A DNA stretch of 61,920 nt from Octopus bimaculoides (lineage: Eukaryota), in NCBI RefSeq assembly GCF_001194135.2, contig NC_068991.1:58952427-59014346 (forward strand). Direction: 5' to 3'. The position numbers and the translations under genes are program-made. Shown one piece after another: positions 1-13,487 of the stretch (its first letter is position 1; each line of letters starts with the position of its first letter). A model generated the notes under the pieces. The model had not been told where the DNA came from. It did not search any database and saw nothing but the letters and a program-made list of their open reading frames with translations.

Positions 1-45
1 AGATATGTTTTTGTATAGGGAGCCCGGTGTAGCACATCCATGTTC

Positions 46-183
46 TTATTATTATTATTATTATTATTCCTTATTATTATTATTATTATTCCTTATTATT
101 ATTATTATTATTCCGTATTATTATTATTATTATTCCTTATTATTATTATTATTATTCCTTATTATTATTATTATTATTATTCC

Positions 184-229
<46 letters not shown>

Positions 230-263
230 CATCATCATCATCATTATTATTATTATTATCATC

Positions 264-290
<27 letters not shown>
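46..290. repeat. (TAT)n microsatellite with 22-bp higher-order period, grading into (CAT)n
   Basis: CC interruptions at 69, 91, 113, 135, 157 and 182, giving spacings 22, 22, 22, 22, 25. Confidence 0.95.
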
Positions 291-294
<4 letters not shown>

Positions 295-331
295 TCACTG
301 CCTGGAATCGAACACTACGCCATATGTCCAC

Positions 332-375
332 GGGCATATGGTGTAGTGGCTAAGAGGGCAGGCTACTAACCCCAA
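332..375 (+). mobile_element. tRNA-derived SINE head fragment
   Basis: GGGCATATGGTGTAGTGGCTAAGAG resembles the A-box heads of other SINEs in this window; truncated. Confidence 0.45.
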
Positions 376-609
376 CATTTTAGCTTTTTTCTGGTATCTG
401 CCGGTGGAGTGTCAAATGGAAGATAAAGGAGCAAATTCGAACCTCTTTAGTACCTGTAGCAAAGTCCACTCTGACGCAAGCATAAGGGCCAGATCTTTGT
501 GTTGAGGGACGGAAGAGATCTACCTCTCTTTTACAAATTGCAAGACTACTGTGAAGCACCTGGACATGTCGTCAATTGAGTATTTTGACGAAAATATTTC
601 CATACTCCC

Positions 610-643
610 TCCTTCTGTCTCTCTTTCTCACTCTCTTTCACTC

Positions 644-682
<39 letters not shown>

Positions 683-951
683 CTCTTTGTCTCTCTGCCT
701 CTCGTTCTTTCTCTGCTTCTCTCTCTCGTTCTGCTTCTCTGTCTCTGCCCCTCTGTCTTTCTCTCTCTTTCTGCCTCTCTCTGTCTCAGCTTCTCTTTCT
801 GCTTCGCTCTGTACTTCTCTCTGTGCCTCTTTCTCACTGCCACTTACTTTCTCTGTGTTTCTCTCCTTCTCTATCTATACCTCTCTCCCTCTCTCCCTCT
901 CTCGTCCTCACTCTGTGCCGCTCTCTATCTCTGTACATCTCTCTTTCTGTG

Positions 952-985
<34 letters not shown>

Positions 986-2480
986 ACTCTCTTTCTCTGT
1001 GCCTCTCTGCCCTTCTCTCAATCTCTCACCCTCTTCCCTCTCTTACTCCCTCTCACACTCTTCTCCTCTCTTTCTACTTCTCTATCTATCTATGTTATTT
1101 TTTCCCTTACTATTTTTTCTCTCTTTCCCAATTACCGCTTTTCAAAATGAATAAGGAAAAATATCTCATATCTTGTGATTTACCCTTTGCAGCATAATAA
1201 ATAGAAACACTGGGAAAAAATAGTCCAGTAGTGGCCCTTTTCTCTTTAATGCCTTAATCATAATCTTAGATTGATTGATTAATAGTTAATCAGGACCTGA
1301 CAACGGCAAAGAAAACATTTGCTTCAAAATAACATATCATCAAGTGTAGATTTAACCAGATTCGAACCCAGGTCGACAAATTAGGTTGCTCAATGATCAT
1401 ACTGCATGCAATAAGGTGTAGTGAGATGCTAGAGGCATAATCAATTGGAAAGCAATTTCTCAATGGTCATCTAATGAGGCTTTTGTGTGTTTTGATAAAG
1501 GTTCTGGATATTTTGTCATTTTATCACTCTTCATTTACAGAGACGTTTTCTTGCTCGCTCACTCTCATACGCATGCGCACAACTTCCTCTCCGTCTCTCC
1601 TCCGTCCACTCCCTCTCACTCTCACTCACTCTCTCTTTCTTGCTCATGCTCTCCCTCTCTTTGTTTTTTCTTTCTTTCTCTTTCTCTCCTCCTCTTCCTC
1701 CCTCTTGTTGTCTCTATTTATATTTCAACTCTTTATCCTTCATTTCCTCGTTTTCTCTTTTTAACGCATTTTCATATCTATTTTCTTTCTTCACCCACAT
1801 TCTCTTTTCCTCTTTTTCTCAATCTAACTACTTCTCCCTACTTACCCCCCCCCTTTCTCTCTCTCTCTCTCACTGAATTTCATATTTTTTTCTTTTACAC
1901 TCTCTACAATTCTCCTTCTCTCCCTCTTTCTTTCTTCCTAAGTAACTTTGTCTCATACTATCCCTCATCGTTAACCTCTATTTTTCACAAATTTCTCACC
2001 CACACTCTATATTCGCCCTGTCTTACACTCACTCCTTCTCTCTCTCTCTCTCTCTCACACACATTGAAACACTCACACACACACACGTACGCACTCTCAC
2101 ACACACATGAACACACATAATCATAATAATATGCGCATACATTCATTGTTTGTCTCTATATTCATTACTTTCTCCATTCACATAACTTTGCACAATCAAA
2201 CACCATCACTGCATTTAGCTCTCATCACACTCCCTGTCATTCACACCACTGTCTTTCCGTTACTCTCTCTCTCTCTTTCTCTCTCGGTCTTTCTCTCACT
2301 CACCTCCGACTACTTCCTCTCCATACTAAATTTCCTATAATACCTTTCGAAATAATTCAACCTCTATCACCATACACACGCACACAGATACACACGTATA
2401 CATACACAGAGTCAATATCCGTCTCCGTCTCTGTCTGTCTGTCTCTTTGTCTTACTCTCTCTCCCAGTCTTCCTCTGTCC
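610..2480. repeat. Long degenerate (CT)n / CT-rich low-complexity tracts with (CA)n
   Basis: Near-continuous pyrimidine tracts at 610-1130 and 1560-2480; they explain the Leu/Ser-rich pseudo-ORFs. Confidence 0.9.
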
Positions 2481-2712
2481 TACATTCTTTCATTCTCTCA
2501 TACCGCCGTATACGGTTCTTTTCCTCAAATTCGATTCCCATCATTTTAAGTCTCTGCAAGATGGCTTGGTAAGATGGTCAGATAAACGATCAAGTCCAAA
2601 GACATTATCCACAGATGAGACCCTTTTCTGTGCTCCGGTTTAATTACTCTGTGCAAGTATTGGTCAGTTTATTTTCCTTTGTAACATTTATTCATAAGGT
2701 CTTAATAGAAAC

Positions 2713-2832
2713 ATAGGCGCAGGCGTGGCTGTTTGATAAGAAATTTGCTTCCCAACCACATTGTTCCTGGTTCGGTCCCACTGCGTGGCACCATGGGAAA
2801 ATGTCTTCCACTATAGCTTCGAGCCGACCAAA
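2713..2832 (+). mobile_element. SINE family A (CORE-like; ATAGGCGCAGGAGTGGCTG head), 5' part
   Basis: Matches copies at 24135, 30497 (minus), 39159 and 57550 (minus). Central GCACC(T/A)TGGGCAAGTGTCTT resembles the MIR CORE motif; octopus OR2 is a known CORE-SINE. Confidence 0.85.
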
Positions 2833-3092
2833 CAAAATATATAGCGATAGTTGTTCGTCAAATTTAAAGAAAAAAGACAATTTCATGAAATTGAAAATTA
2901 ACTTTTTCAAGTTAATTTATACGCTTATAGAAACGAGAGTCTGATTTACTTTTTTGAGACAAGAGACAGCATTGTTTTGTATGTCTTGTCTGCTGAGTTA
3001 GAAGGTGACTGGCTCTAGCCGCCGTCGCCAGGTCGGTACTAAAAGATGACTTCTTGGTCGTTCAAAGAGCTGCCGGGATTCACTGCTACGTA

Positions 3093-3279
3093 TCAAGACG
3101 ACCTTAAAGGCAGAACTTCAATGTGCAGTTCAGTAACCATAGATTGGGTGTATGCAAAAATATCTTTTGGCTGTTTTTCCTTTGTCACGCATTTCAAACG
3201 TCTTCTCTTGTGCTGGACTTGCATCATCGTGTGTGAGATTATCGCTGGACGACCGGTCTCATTCTCTTTCTGGTAAATC
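3093..3279 (-). CDS. Candidate terminal coding exon of an unidentified gene
   Basis: Strong minus-strand acceptor (TCTTTCGTATATTCTCAGTTGTTTCTGCCAG, AG at 3281-3280), then 61 open codons IYQKENETGRPAIISHTMMQVQHKRRRLKCVTKEKQPKDIFAYTQSMVTELHIEVLPLRSS* in unique, GC-richer sequence. No homology recognised. Confidence 0.3.
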
Positions 3280-3348
3280 CTGGCAGAAACAACTGAGAAT
3301 ATACGAAAGATTCAGAGGGATGACAACCAATATGAATAGACGTGCAGT

Positions 3349-3570
3349 GTGAAGGCGCGTGGCTTAGTGGTAAGGGTATTCGGCTCACAGTCGTAAGGTC
3401 GTGAGTTTGATTCCTCCTGTCCACTCAGCTGGCAACAATGAGTTCTACCTGTAATTCAAACGTCCAGCTGTGTCACATCCTGTATCACGCTGAATCTCCC
3501 TCACAACTACGTTGAAGCTACGTGTGTCTGTGGAGTGCTCAACCACTTGCACGATAATTCCACGCGCAAG
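3349..3570 (+). mobile_element. SINE family C head (GTGAAGGCGC.TGGCT.AGTGGT) with tail X, internally deleted
   Basis: A- and B-box-like motifs, CACTCAGCTG body remnant, and tail GTGTCTGTGGAGTGCTCAACCACTTGCACG shared with 18746-19088 and 53795-53940. Confidence 0.8.
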
Positions 3571-4693
3571 GAGACGGAGTACCAAAAAAATTAACGTTCT
3601 CGAGTGACGATGTATATAATTCTCTTCTCCCAATGAAATTTCAACCGATGAGGGCTGCATTCCTCTGCTCGAAATAACATACGTATATACAACAATTTGA
3701 TAACCATTAACTCTCTTACATCCATCTGACCTTTGACAAATTTGGTTTTTATCCCATAGAATTTATTGTGTTACCGGTATAGTTCTATTTCTGCTCACGA
3801 CTAAACATTGGGATCGATGTAATCGAGTTATACCCCTGCCACGAAATTGCTGGTCTTGTGCCAAAATTTGAAATGGGCATGATTCTTCGTCTCTGTCAAG
3901 AGTATATTCATTGTTCTTTCTTCGTTACTGAAGATGCATAAGAAAAGTTCCGTTACATCCTTGCTTGTGTCAGCCGTAATTAGACACACATACACACATA
4001 CACACACATACACACACATACACACATGTATATATAACTATGAATTCACAGCCACCCTTCTTGTAAAAGTTTAATCTATACTTACTCTACTAAAACTGTT
4101 ATGTAATTATTCGATTAATGTTAAATTGTTTTTATCATGACCACATAAATACAAACATTAATAAATATATTGGCATAACGACCCTCCTGAGATACAACGA
4201 TATGTGTGTGTATGTATGTGTTTACATACACGCACACGCATGCATACACACTCACTCACTCAAACGCGCAGACGCACGCACATGCACACACACACACACA
4301 CACACAATATCTAGATACACGGTCGATTATATAAATGTATTGTGTGAGCGGTTCACCTCATTAGATGTATTTGTCCTTACAGAACCGCTAATTACATCTA
4401 TTTCACAGCTCCTTTAGCTTCTCTCTAATTGTCTGCTCTCTGTCTCTTCGATTACATGTGTTCACACACAACACACACACACATACACACACGCCCACGC
4501 ACAGAGAGGCATGGACACACACACATACATATGTACATACAGACAGACACACAAAGTCAGTGTGTGTGTGTTTGTGTCTATGTATGAATGTATGTTTCAT
4601 ATATACCAGTCTATCTCTCTATTTATCTACACACACAAATATATTACATATTTACATACATACATACATATCTATATCTATATTTATCTCTCT

Positions 4694-4790
<97 letters not shown>

Positions 4791-5327
4791 TACATAGAAT
4801 CGAACGAACATACATACATATAATCGAAACACGTTTTTTTCTTTCTCTGTTTCGTCTTTCCTCTCTCCGTTTGTATTCTCTCGTCATTTCTTTCTGTAGA
4901 AAAATGAAGGCTCGAAACGTCGAAGACTTCCATTTTCCTTGACCATCAAGCAGCTTGTTTGCTGTTCCCTCACCCATCTGTCTTTTGTACAATTTTGAAC
5001 CACACACACACACACATCACACACACACAAACATCGGGAAAATATAACTTACCGTAGTTTTGTGGAGATATATTTGTTCGTATTATAAATATTAAATTAT
5101 CTTTAAATTACACATTTCTAATGATGATTTAGAGTTTTGTACGTACACACAGACGTAAATTCAACAACAATAATGTGAATATAAAACAAATAAACATGTA
5201 ATTTAAACTACCATTATCAGAAACAGCTGCTGTGATACCAATAGTGAAACAAAAATTAGGGTAAACGATTTAGAACTACAAAATCTCAATAGTGCTCTAA
5301 AAGAAATTATTGCATCCTTTAACAAGC

Positions 5328-5965
5328 GCTTCTTACGTTAATAATAATTAATTGTTTAATTATCTAACTCTTCTTCTACAGCATACTTCTCGAAGTAAAC
5401 AAATATAATTTAAAACTAAAGATATTTCGTAGTAATGACTACTTTACGATTTCATGATTTTATATATACCGGTTGCAGATTGCATCGATAGCCAGCTGAA
5501 GGAGACTCTTTCTGGGGTTAACAGCGTACTGACGTCGAACAGCTATATTGATGTGGTGAAAAACGTTACTTGATTTTGTATGGTTTTTACTGAAATCATA
5601 CAGGGTGTTTGGGCAAAAGTTGATTTTAATATCTACTTTTTTCTCTCAGTAACAGCTCGATGTATTGGTGAATCGTCAAAGGTGTTGGAGAGCATAAAGA
5701 TTATAGGTGTAGTTGAAAAATAATTAAGTGACATAGAGTACTGAAAGCCATCTATACACATAGCAAAAGAGTTACATGTATCATAAGTGCTTCTTACGTT
5801 ACTAATAATTAATTGTTTAAGAATTTAACTCTTTTTCTACAAAGTAATCTTCTAAGTAAACAAACAATTAGAAGCTAATGCTATTTCGCAGTAATGACTA
5901 ATTTACGAGTTCATGATTTTGTATGATTTTTTACTGAAATCGTACTGGGTGTTCGGCAGGAGTTG
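5328..5965 (+). repeat. Diverged local direct duplication (copies at 5328 and 5789, offset 461 bp)
   Basis: Both copies begin GCTTCTTACGTTA.TAATAATTAATTGTTTAA and stay alignable for about 175 bp; copy 1 carries an extra insertion at 5462-5570. Confidence 0.85.
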
Positions 5966-5966
5966 A

Positions 5967-6049
5967 GAGCACAACACACCGCCGGGAATCGAACTCACGA
6001 CCCTACGATCCTGAGGTGAAAAACCAAACCACTAAGCGACGCACCTTCC
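5967..6049 (-). mobile_element. tRNA-derived SINE head fragment
   Basis: Reverse complement reads ...GTCGCTTAGTGGTT... (A box) and GTGAGTTCGATTCCCGG (B box). Confidence 0.7.
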
Positions 6050-6236
6050 GTGCAACCCGTGATATACATTTAGGTAACACGACCGTGCTTTGACTACCTT
6101 CCATCATATATCTACTCTATCAGATCTAATCAAAGAATAGATACCGCTTTCTCTCCCTCTCTCCCTCTCTCCCTCTCACTCACTCTTTCTCTTTCACACT
6201 CTCTCTCTCTTTCTCTCTCTCTCACTCTCTCCCCCC

Positions 6237-6287
<51 letters not shown>

Positions 6288-6608
6288 ACAAGTACTAAAG
6301 CATAATATACCATAGATACACACTTGGATGTACTCATGGCTTCCTACATAACACACGTATGATATTCCATAATATATGATATGTAAATGTTAATGACAGA
6401 GTATCAAATGCCCAGGGTTTATCATGTTAACACAGAGCCATAATCACAGCTTATGGGAGCCCAGTAATATCATAATGTTGGTCTACACAACAGGAACAAT
6501 TTCAAGGTTGACAGTTGCAGTATTAGTTTCATGATAACAATTATCTATCAGATATGCTTGTAGCTGTTTTAATAATCACCCAGCATGGGTGCTCACTGTA
6601 CAACGGTG

Positions 6609-6647
<39 letters not shown>

Positions 6648-6775
6648 ACCAGTGGAATGTGCGTACCAGGAGGTCAATCTGAAACGACTATAAATATTGT
6701 CCGCTCCGATAAGGCCAAACGGACTTTCTATTTTTTGACACTCGATATGCATGTGACGCACGTTAAATGAATACA

Positions 6776-6816
<41 letters not shown>

Positions 6817-8809
6817 TACATACGCACACACAAACACCGCCCCACACACAAATATACATACGTCATGCACAANNNNNNNNNNNNNNNNNNNNNNNNNNNN
6901 NNNNNNNNNNNNNNNNNNNNNNNNNNNNNNNNNNNNNNNNNNNNNNNNNNNNNNNNNNNNNNNNNNNNNNNNNNNNNNNNNNNNNNNNNNNNNNNNNNNN
7001 NNNNNNNNNNNNNNNNNNNNNNNNNNNNNNNNNNNNNNNNNNNNNNNNNNNNNNNNNNNNNNNNNNNNNNNNNNNNNNNNNNNNNNNNNNNNNNNNNNNN
7101 NNNNNNNNNNNNNNNNNNNNNNNNNNNNNNNNNNNNNNNNNNNNNNNNNNNNNNNNNNNNNNNNNNNNNNNNNNNNNNNNNNNNNNNNNNNNNNNNNNNN
7201 NNNNNNNNNNNNNNNNNNNNNNNNNNNNNNNNNNNNNNNNNNNNNNNNNNNNNNNNNNNNNNNNNNNNNNNNNNNNNNNNNNNNNNNNNNNNNNNNNNNN
7301 NNNATATATACGTACATATATACATATATATACATATATATATATGCATAGATATGTATACATATATACATATATATATATATATGTATATATTCGTATA
7401 TATGCACGTATGTATGTATGTATGTATGCATGTATATAACGTATGTAAGTATGTATGTATGTATATATATACATGTGTGTGTGTATGTAAATACATTTAT
7501 GCATGTATATGTCTAAATGGCGTGTGTACAAATACTTTTATGTAATTTTCTTTTAACTTCAGGATATCATAGTAAGTATTCACTAAATATATAATATAAT
7601 GCAGTTGACAGTTTTCTTTATTAAAATTGAATAACTATGGGTTTTGTCGTCCTTCACATACTGTTGGAGATGTCAACACGAAAATACATTCGCTTTGGAA
7701 AGTAGTAGCTTTGTAACTTTGTAACCAACACGGACTGATACACCGGAAATAAACAACACACTTTCAAAACAATTTAATATATTGACATGGTTGCTGTGTT
7801 CTAAATTATTTTCTCTTATGAAGAATTATATAAAGAAGCATTTCTTGATTGGCGAATTTTGATCATCGCTATGTAAAACATTCATGTATGTGTGTGAGTT
7901 CACAGTTGTCCTGTAGTCTTCGAACAGTCCGAATGTTGTTTCGTTAAATGCATGATAATTTCTAAGGCATCTGCATTCATGAAATTAACTCCCTTTATCG
8001 TTTATCGTCGGTCACGGGACGGACGATTTGCTTCTCTCCAAAAATGGTTAGAACTGGAGTATAATTTGAATAACTCAATAATTCCTCTTATATATAGTAT
8101 TTCATATTCCTTTAATCGTCATGTAAGTAAGTAAATATGTAGGTATATATGTAGATGTATATATACGTGTAACTTTTTAAAGCCTAGTTCTATCGGTTTT
8201 TTTGCCGTACTGCTAGTTTACGGAAACGTAAACACACCAGTACCGTTTCTCAAGAGTTGGTAGGGAACAAACACACACACAAAGACACACAACCTCGCAC
8301 ACAAGCACACACCAACACTCACACACAAGCACACACAGACAGGCACACACACACACACATACAAATATATATATATATATATATATNNNNNNNNNNNNNN
8401 NNNNNNNNNNNNNNNNNNNNNNNNNNNNNNNNNNNNNNNNNNNNNNNNNNNNNNNNNNNNNNNNNNNNNNNNNNNNNNNNNNNNNNNNNNNNNNNNNNNN
8501 NNNNNNNNNNNNNNNNNNNNNNNNNNNNNNNNNNNNNNNNNNNNNNNNNNNNNNNNNNNNNNNNNNNNNNNNNNNNNNNNNNNNNNNNNNNNNNNNNNNN
8601 NNNNNNNNNNNNNNNNNNNNNNNNNNNNNNNNNNNNNNNNNNNNNNNNNNNNNNNNNNNNNNNNNNNNNNNNNNNNNNNNNNNNNNNNNNNNNNNNNNNN
8701 NNNNNNNNNNNNNNNNNNNNNNNNNNNNNNNNNNNNNNNNNNNNNNNNNNNNNNNNNNNNNNNNNNNNNNNNNNNNNNNNNNNNNNNNNNNNNNNNNNNN
8801 NNNNNNNNN

Positions 8810-9032
8810 ACCGCTTGAAAACAGGTGTTGATGTGTTTACATCCCCGTAAATTAGCGGTTAAGCAAAATAAGCCACCAGAGTAAGTACCGGGCCTATACA
8901 AGTATTGGGGCTGGTTCATTCGACTAAAGAATATTCAAGGTGGTGCCTCCTGGGGTCGATTTGCTCGACTAAAGGCGGTGCTCCAGCACGGTCGCAGTCA
9001 AACAAATAATGACTGAAACAAATAAAAGAATA
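8810..9032 (+). mobile_element. SINE family A 3' half with duplicated terminal segment
   Basis: TTAGCGGTT..GCAAAA...CGACTAAAGGCGGTGCTCCAGCA..GCAGTCAAA..GACTGAAACAA tail. An opposite-strand family A piece lies at about 8190-8275 across the gap. Confidence 0.75.
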
Positions 9033-9344
9033 TATATCGTGAAATATACTTGCCAACTAAATGTGGCGGTCCCATAGAGGACGTTGCTGCTGTTGTTTTT
9101 AGCCCCACGAGGGCATCTCCTCCAGCAGGCTAACGACACACTGCCTGTAACTGCTTAGTATTTCCGAAGGGAAATCATCGTTCCTATCTCTAGCCTTACG
9201 TGATACACACAGACCCGGATTTCTGGGTAGCAACCCGTCATCAGTGTGTGATAATCACCAGCTAGCGATGAGAACTCATTCCATTCGCAAAATACTATTT
9301 GCTTTTTCCAGTGACAAACTGTCACTGATCTCGATATATATATT

Positions 9345-9691
9345 GGAGATCCTCTTCGGTCAAGAATGACCATGGAATTGCACCTAGAAAGTTATCCTAC
9401 GGGGCACAAGTCCGGGCAAGGTTGTTTATGGAAGACTAGCAGTTGCCCATGCCTACCAGCCTCCCCTCTCCACGCCACCGATGTTATCCAAGGGAAAGGC
9501 AAAGGCCGATACAGCTTGGCACCTGTGATGTCGCACCGTGGCACCTGCAACTCATTTCTACAGCTGAGTAAACTGGAGAAACGCGAAATAAAGTGCCTTG
9601 CTCAAGAACACAACATGCAGCCCGGTCCAGAATTCAAACTCACAACCTCACGGTCGTAAGTTCGACAGTCTTAACCACTGAGCCATGCGCC

Positions 9692-9696
<5 letters not shown>
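9345..9696 (-). mobile_element. SINE family C with tail Y, near full length
   Basis: Minus-strand head GTGAAGGCGCATGGCTCAGTGGTTAAG, body GTGTTCTTGAGCAAGGCACTTTATTTC, tail GGCAACTGCTAGTCTTCCATAAACAACCTT...GACCGAAG; collinear with 44953-45243. Confidence 0.85.
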
Positions 9697-9755
<59 letters not shown>

Positions 9756-10085
9756 TATAGATATATATATAGATATATACGAACACACGCATATATAATC
9801 ATGATCACGAGCATATAATTATAGTCACCTAATAACAAAAACTTCTCGAAGAAGAAAGTAAAAAATATTGAAACAAAAGAGGCAAACACAAACACAACAA
9901 ACACAGCTCTAAAAAATATTGTTGAGTAATAATTCATGTGAAGGTGAAATGATGAAATATCAACAGAGAAAGTGAAACAGAACACAGATGTAGCCAAGTT
10001 GTGACGCCGTTACGCTTGGATAGAACCAGATTGAAGACTGCTTTGCACGTCTGTACATACGCACATACTAGCATTTCCCATCTAC

Positions 10086-10129
<44 letters not shown>

Positions 10130-10457
10130 ATGCGTGTGTGTGTGCGTGTTTATGTTTTTGTGTATATATGTATATATTATTATGTGTGCATATATATAGA
10201 CATATATACATATATGCATATATTTATATATTTACATATGCATGCACATTCACATATTCACACATATACACATGCTTATATGCATACCCCTCTCTCTCTC
10301 TCCCTCTCTCTCTCTCTATCTCTATCTCTCTTCTACATATATATAGATATATATAGATATGTGTGTATATATGAATTCATATATGTTTACATCTATATGT
10401 GCATGTATGATGGGAAAGAGAAAAATCGATGGAGGGATGGAGGGATGGATGGATTAG

Positions 10458-10491
<34 letters not shown>

Positions 10492-11062
10492 TAAACGCAC
10501 GCTCACATACATAATCACACATGCGCATGCGCACACTCACACACACTCACACATACATTCTCCATCAAATGTTGTAACGTTATTTAGCAGAAGAACTTCA
10601 CAGGTATCCCTACAATCTTCTACAATTGCATACTATCAAATTACTCGAGTACATACATATATCATTGTATGAAGCAAATACCCTGATAAGTGACATGGGG
10701 CAACAAACGTCCAGGGTGGAGTGGCTGGAAGTGGTCGGGGGGATATCCAGCACTTTGCTTCTATGACTAATTCAAACGGGGGAGAGGAGGATCTTCCGTT
10801 TAATTGCATACCGTGATTAATGAAGACAAACATCATGGAAGTTTTTAAACTAGAAATTAGCGAGCCTCTGTTTGTTTGTATGTTTCTAATTGTGAGAGTG
10901 GGTTCCTTGTTTCTTTGCCCAAATCGTTGTCTGGGGGTATATATGCAACTTATGTTGCAATAGATGTATAAACGGGACGAATTTAATTTTTGCTACGTAG
11001 ACTGAAAAAAAGATGAAAAACAGATAAATTGATTGATGGATGGATGGATGGATGGATGGATG

Positions 11063-11122
<60 letters not shown>

Positions 11123-11830
11123 TGCATATTTTAACCGTTTACACATTTAAATTATTTTTAATCACGTGTTATATACATATACGACAACCACTGAAGACAT
11201 ACATACACACATACATACGTATGCATACATAAGCACTACCGTATACATATACACAGTTACATATTGTAGATATCTTCCACAGGCATATTGTAGATACTTT
11301 CCGCGTATTCATATGTGAAAATACATATAAACCTACGTACACACATACGCATATATCTCTAAATATATCTAATTTTCCATATAAATACATGCCAGTCCTT
11401 GAAGCAGAGAGATATATAAACCATCATTCAAATATAGACTGCTTTTAAAAAGAGAGAAACATCACTACAGAATGTTAATTGAAACAAATTATTTTGAATG
11501 AAACCGTCGCCGAATATGACAAAATTAGATATGACAGCAAGATGGCGCTCTGTATGAAAGTGACACATACCTCTTCCTTTTGCTAAGTAGACTCCAGATG
11601 GAGAAATGTACACAGGGTACTTGTTATATCATTAGACTGTAATGTGTTGACTGATGCGTTTAACAGCGTGTTTGATTTATATTTTATGTGTATATACATG
11701 TATGTTTATGTGCATATGTCTATGTGCGTGAGCGTGTGTGTGTGTCTATGAGTGTATGTTTCTCGCTAGATCGCTGCTTCTCTTTCTCTCTTTTGTCTCA
11801 CATATAACATGTCTGACTGTGTGTGTATGC

Positions 11831-11863
<33 letters not shown>

Positions 11864-12024
11864 AAAATATATATACATATATATATAAGCATGAATATAT
11901 GTATGCATATATATGTATGATATGTATGAGCATGAGTGTATATGAAGTTATGGTTGTGTGCATTTGTGTAGTGCACACATACACACACATATATGTGTGT
12001 GCGTATTTTTGTGTATTATCTATA

Positions 12025-12056
<32 letters not shown>

Positions 12057-12526
12057 NNNNNNNNNNTTAAAATTTGTTTCATGCTACATATACCCTGCGG
12101 CAACAAACCAATCAAAACCATTTAAGTCTCAATTATAACCACAAAATTTATATACAAGTGGTTCTTATCTATAAAATCATCGGCAGATAAGCTTACATGT
12201 TATGTGCGGAACAAGCCTCATGGCTGGCCATTATTCAAATCTGCATCTTGGATGAAAAGCTCGATATCTTTAAGATTTAATATCGTTGTTTCGAGATGGC
12301 AGCCAAATCTACCTCAAATTCCTGAGAACTTTTAATAAAGTTGGAAAAAAACTTCGGATTATATTTGGACTTTTTTACGAACACCCATATATACATACCT
12401 ACACATACAAACACACACACACACACACAGTCACACACAAACTAACAAACAGACATGCAAAATATATATATATGTACATACATCACGATCGATGTATAAT
12501 CTCACCTGTTTTATACCTGTTTCGTG

Positions 12527-12567
<41 letters not shown>

Positions 12568-12684
12568 NNNNNNNNNNNNNNNNNNNNNNNNNNNNNNNNN
12601 NNNNNNNNNNNNNNNNNNNNNNNNNNNNNNNNNNNNNNNNNNNNNNNNNNNNNNNNNNNNNNNNNNNNNNNNNNNNNNNNNNNN

Positions 12685-12744
<60 letters not shown>

Positions 12745-12967
12745 TGTGTGTGTACATGTGAATGTTCGAATGTGTCAGTAAATATCAATAAACCTCCAGT
12801 GATATCGAACAACCAGTATGGAACGGCCAGGTCCTTCAAATGATGAAACACTTCCCTATAATGGAAAGTAAACAAATTTTTAGTTAATACAAAATGTTCC
12901 GAAGATAATGTTTAATATAACACAATTTATACGCCTATATCTGAGAGGTAATATCTTGTTAGTGATG

Positions 12968-13265
12968 TTGTTGTTTGTTCGTTCTCGAGCCATGCCTGGC
13001 CCATAAGGGCAGGTTTCATTGATGTATACGTTCCCCACCTGGACGGGACGCCAGTCCGTCTAGGTTAGATGCTAGATGCGGGAAGTGAGTATGAGAGAAA
13101 GTTGTGGTGAGAGAGTCAGCAGAAGTTTGTCAATTCCTTCTGCCGGAGTCGCGTGGAGCTTAGGTGGTTCGCTCATAAACACACGCATCGCCCGGTCTGA
13201 GATTCGAACCCACGATCGCTCGACACGAATCCGCTGCTCTAACCACTAGGCCATGTGCCTTCACG
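12968..13265 (-). mobile_element. SINE family D with tail Z, full length
   Basis: A box TGGCCTAGTGG, B box GGGTTCGAATC, body CACCTAAGCTCCACG...ACCACAACTTTCTC, tail GACTGGCGTCCCGTCCAGG...ATGGGCCAGGCATGGCTCG, ending in (AAC)n. Confidence 0.85.
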
Positions 13266-13487
13266 AAGTAACACTTTAGCTTAGAGATTTCTTTTGTTCC
13301 TGATTCTGCTCAGATTGAAACATTTATCACTGGCAAACTGGTATCCAGTTTTTGTTCACTGTGAAACATTTAAGAAAATCGAAGTTGAACAAAATGGAAA
13401 AAAAAAAATCATCAAATATTCGCAGTACTCAGATATCACGTAGAATAATGGCCGACAGGGTAAGTGAATTGTATATGCGTATATATA

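Noticed and set aside
5-2340. Long Tyr/Leu/Ser-rich ORFs that could mimic membrane proteins
   Set aside because: They are translations of (TAT)n and (CT)n tracts, open in several frames at once.
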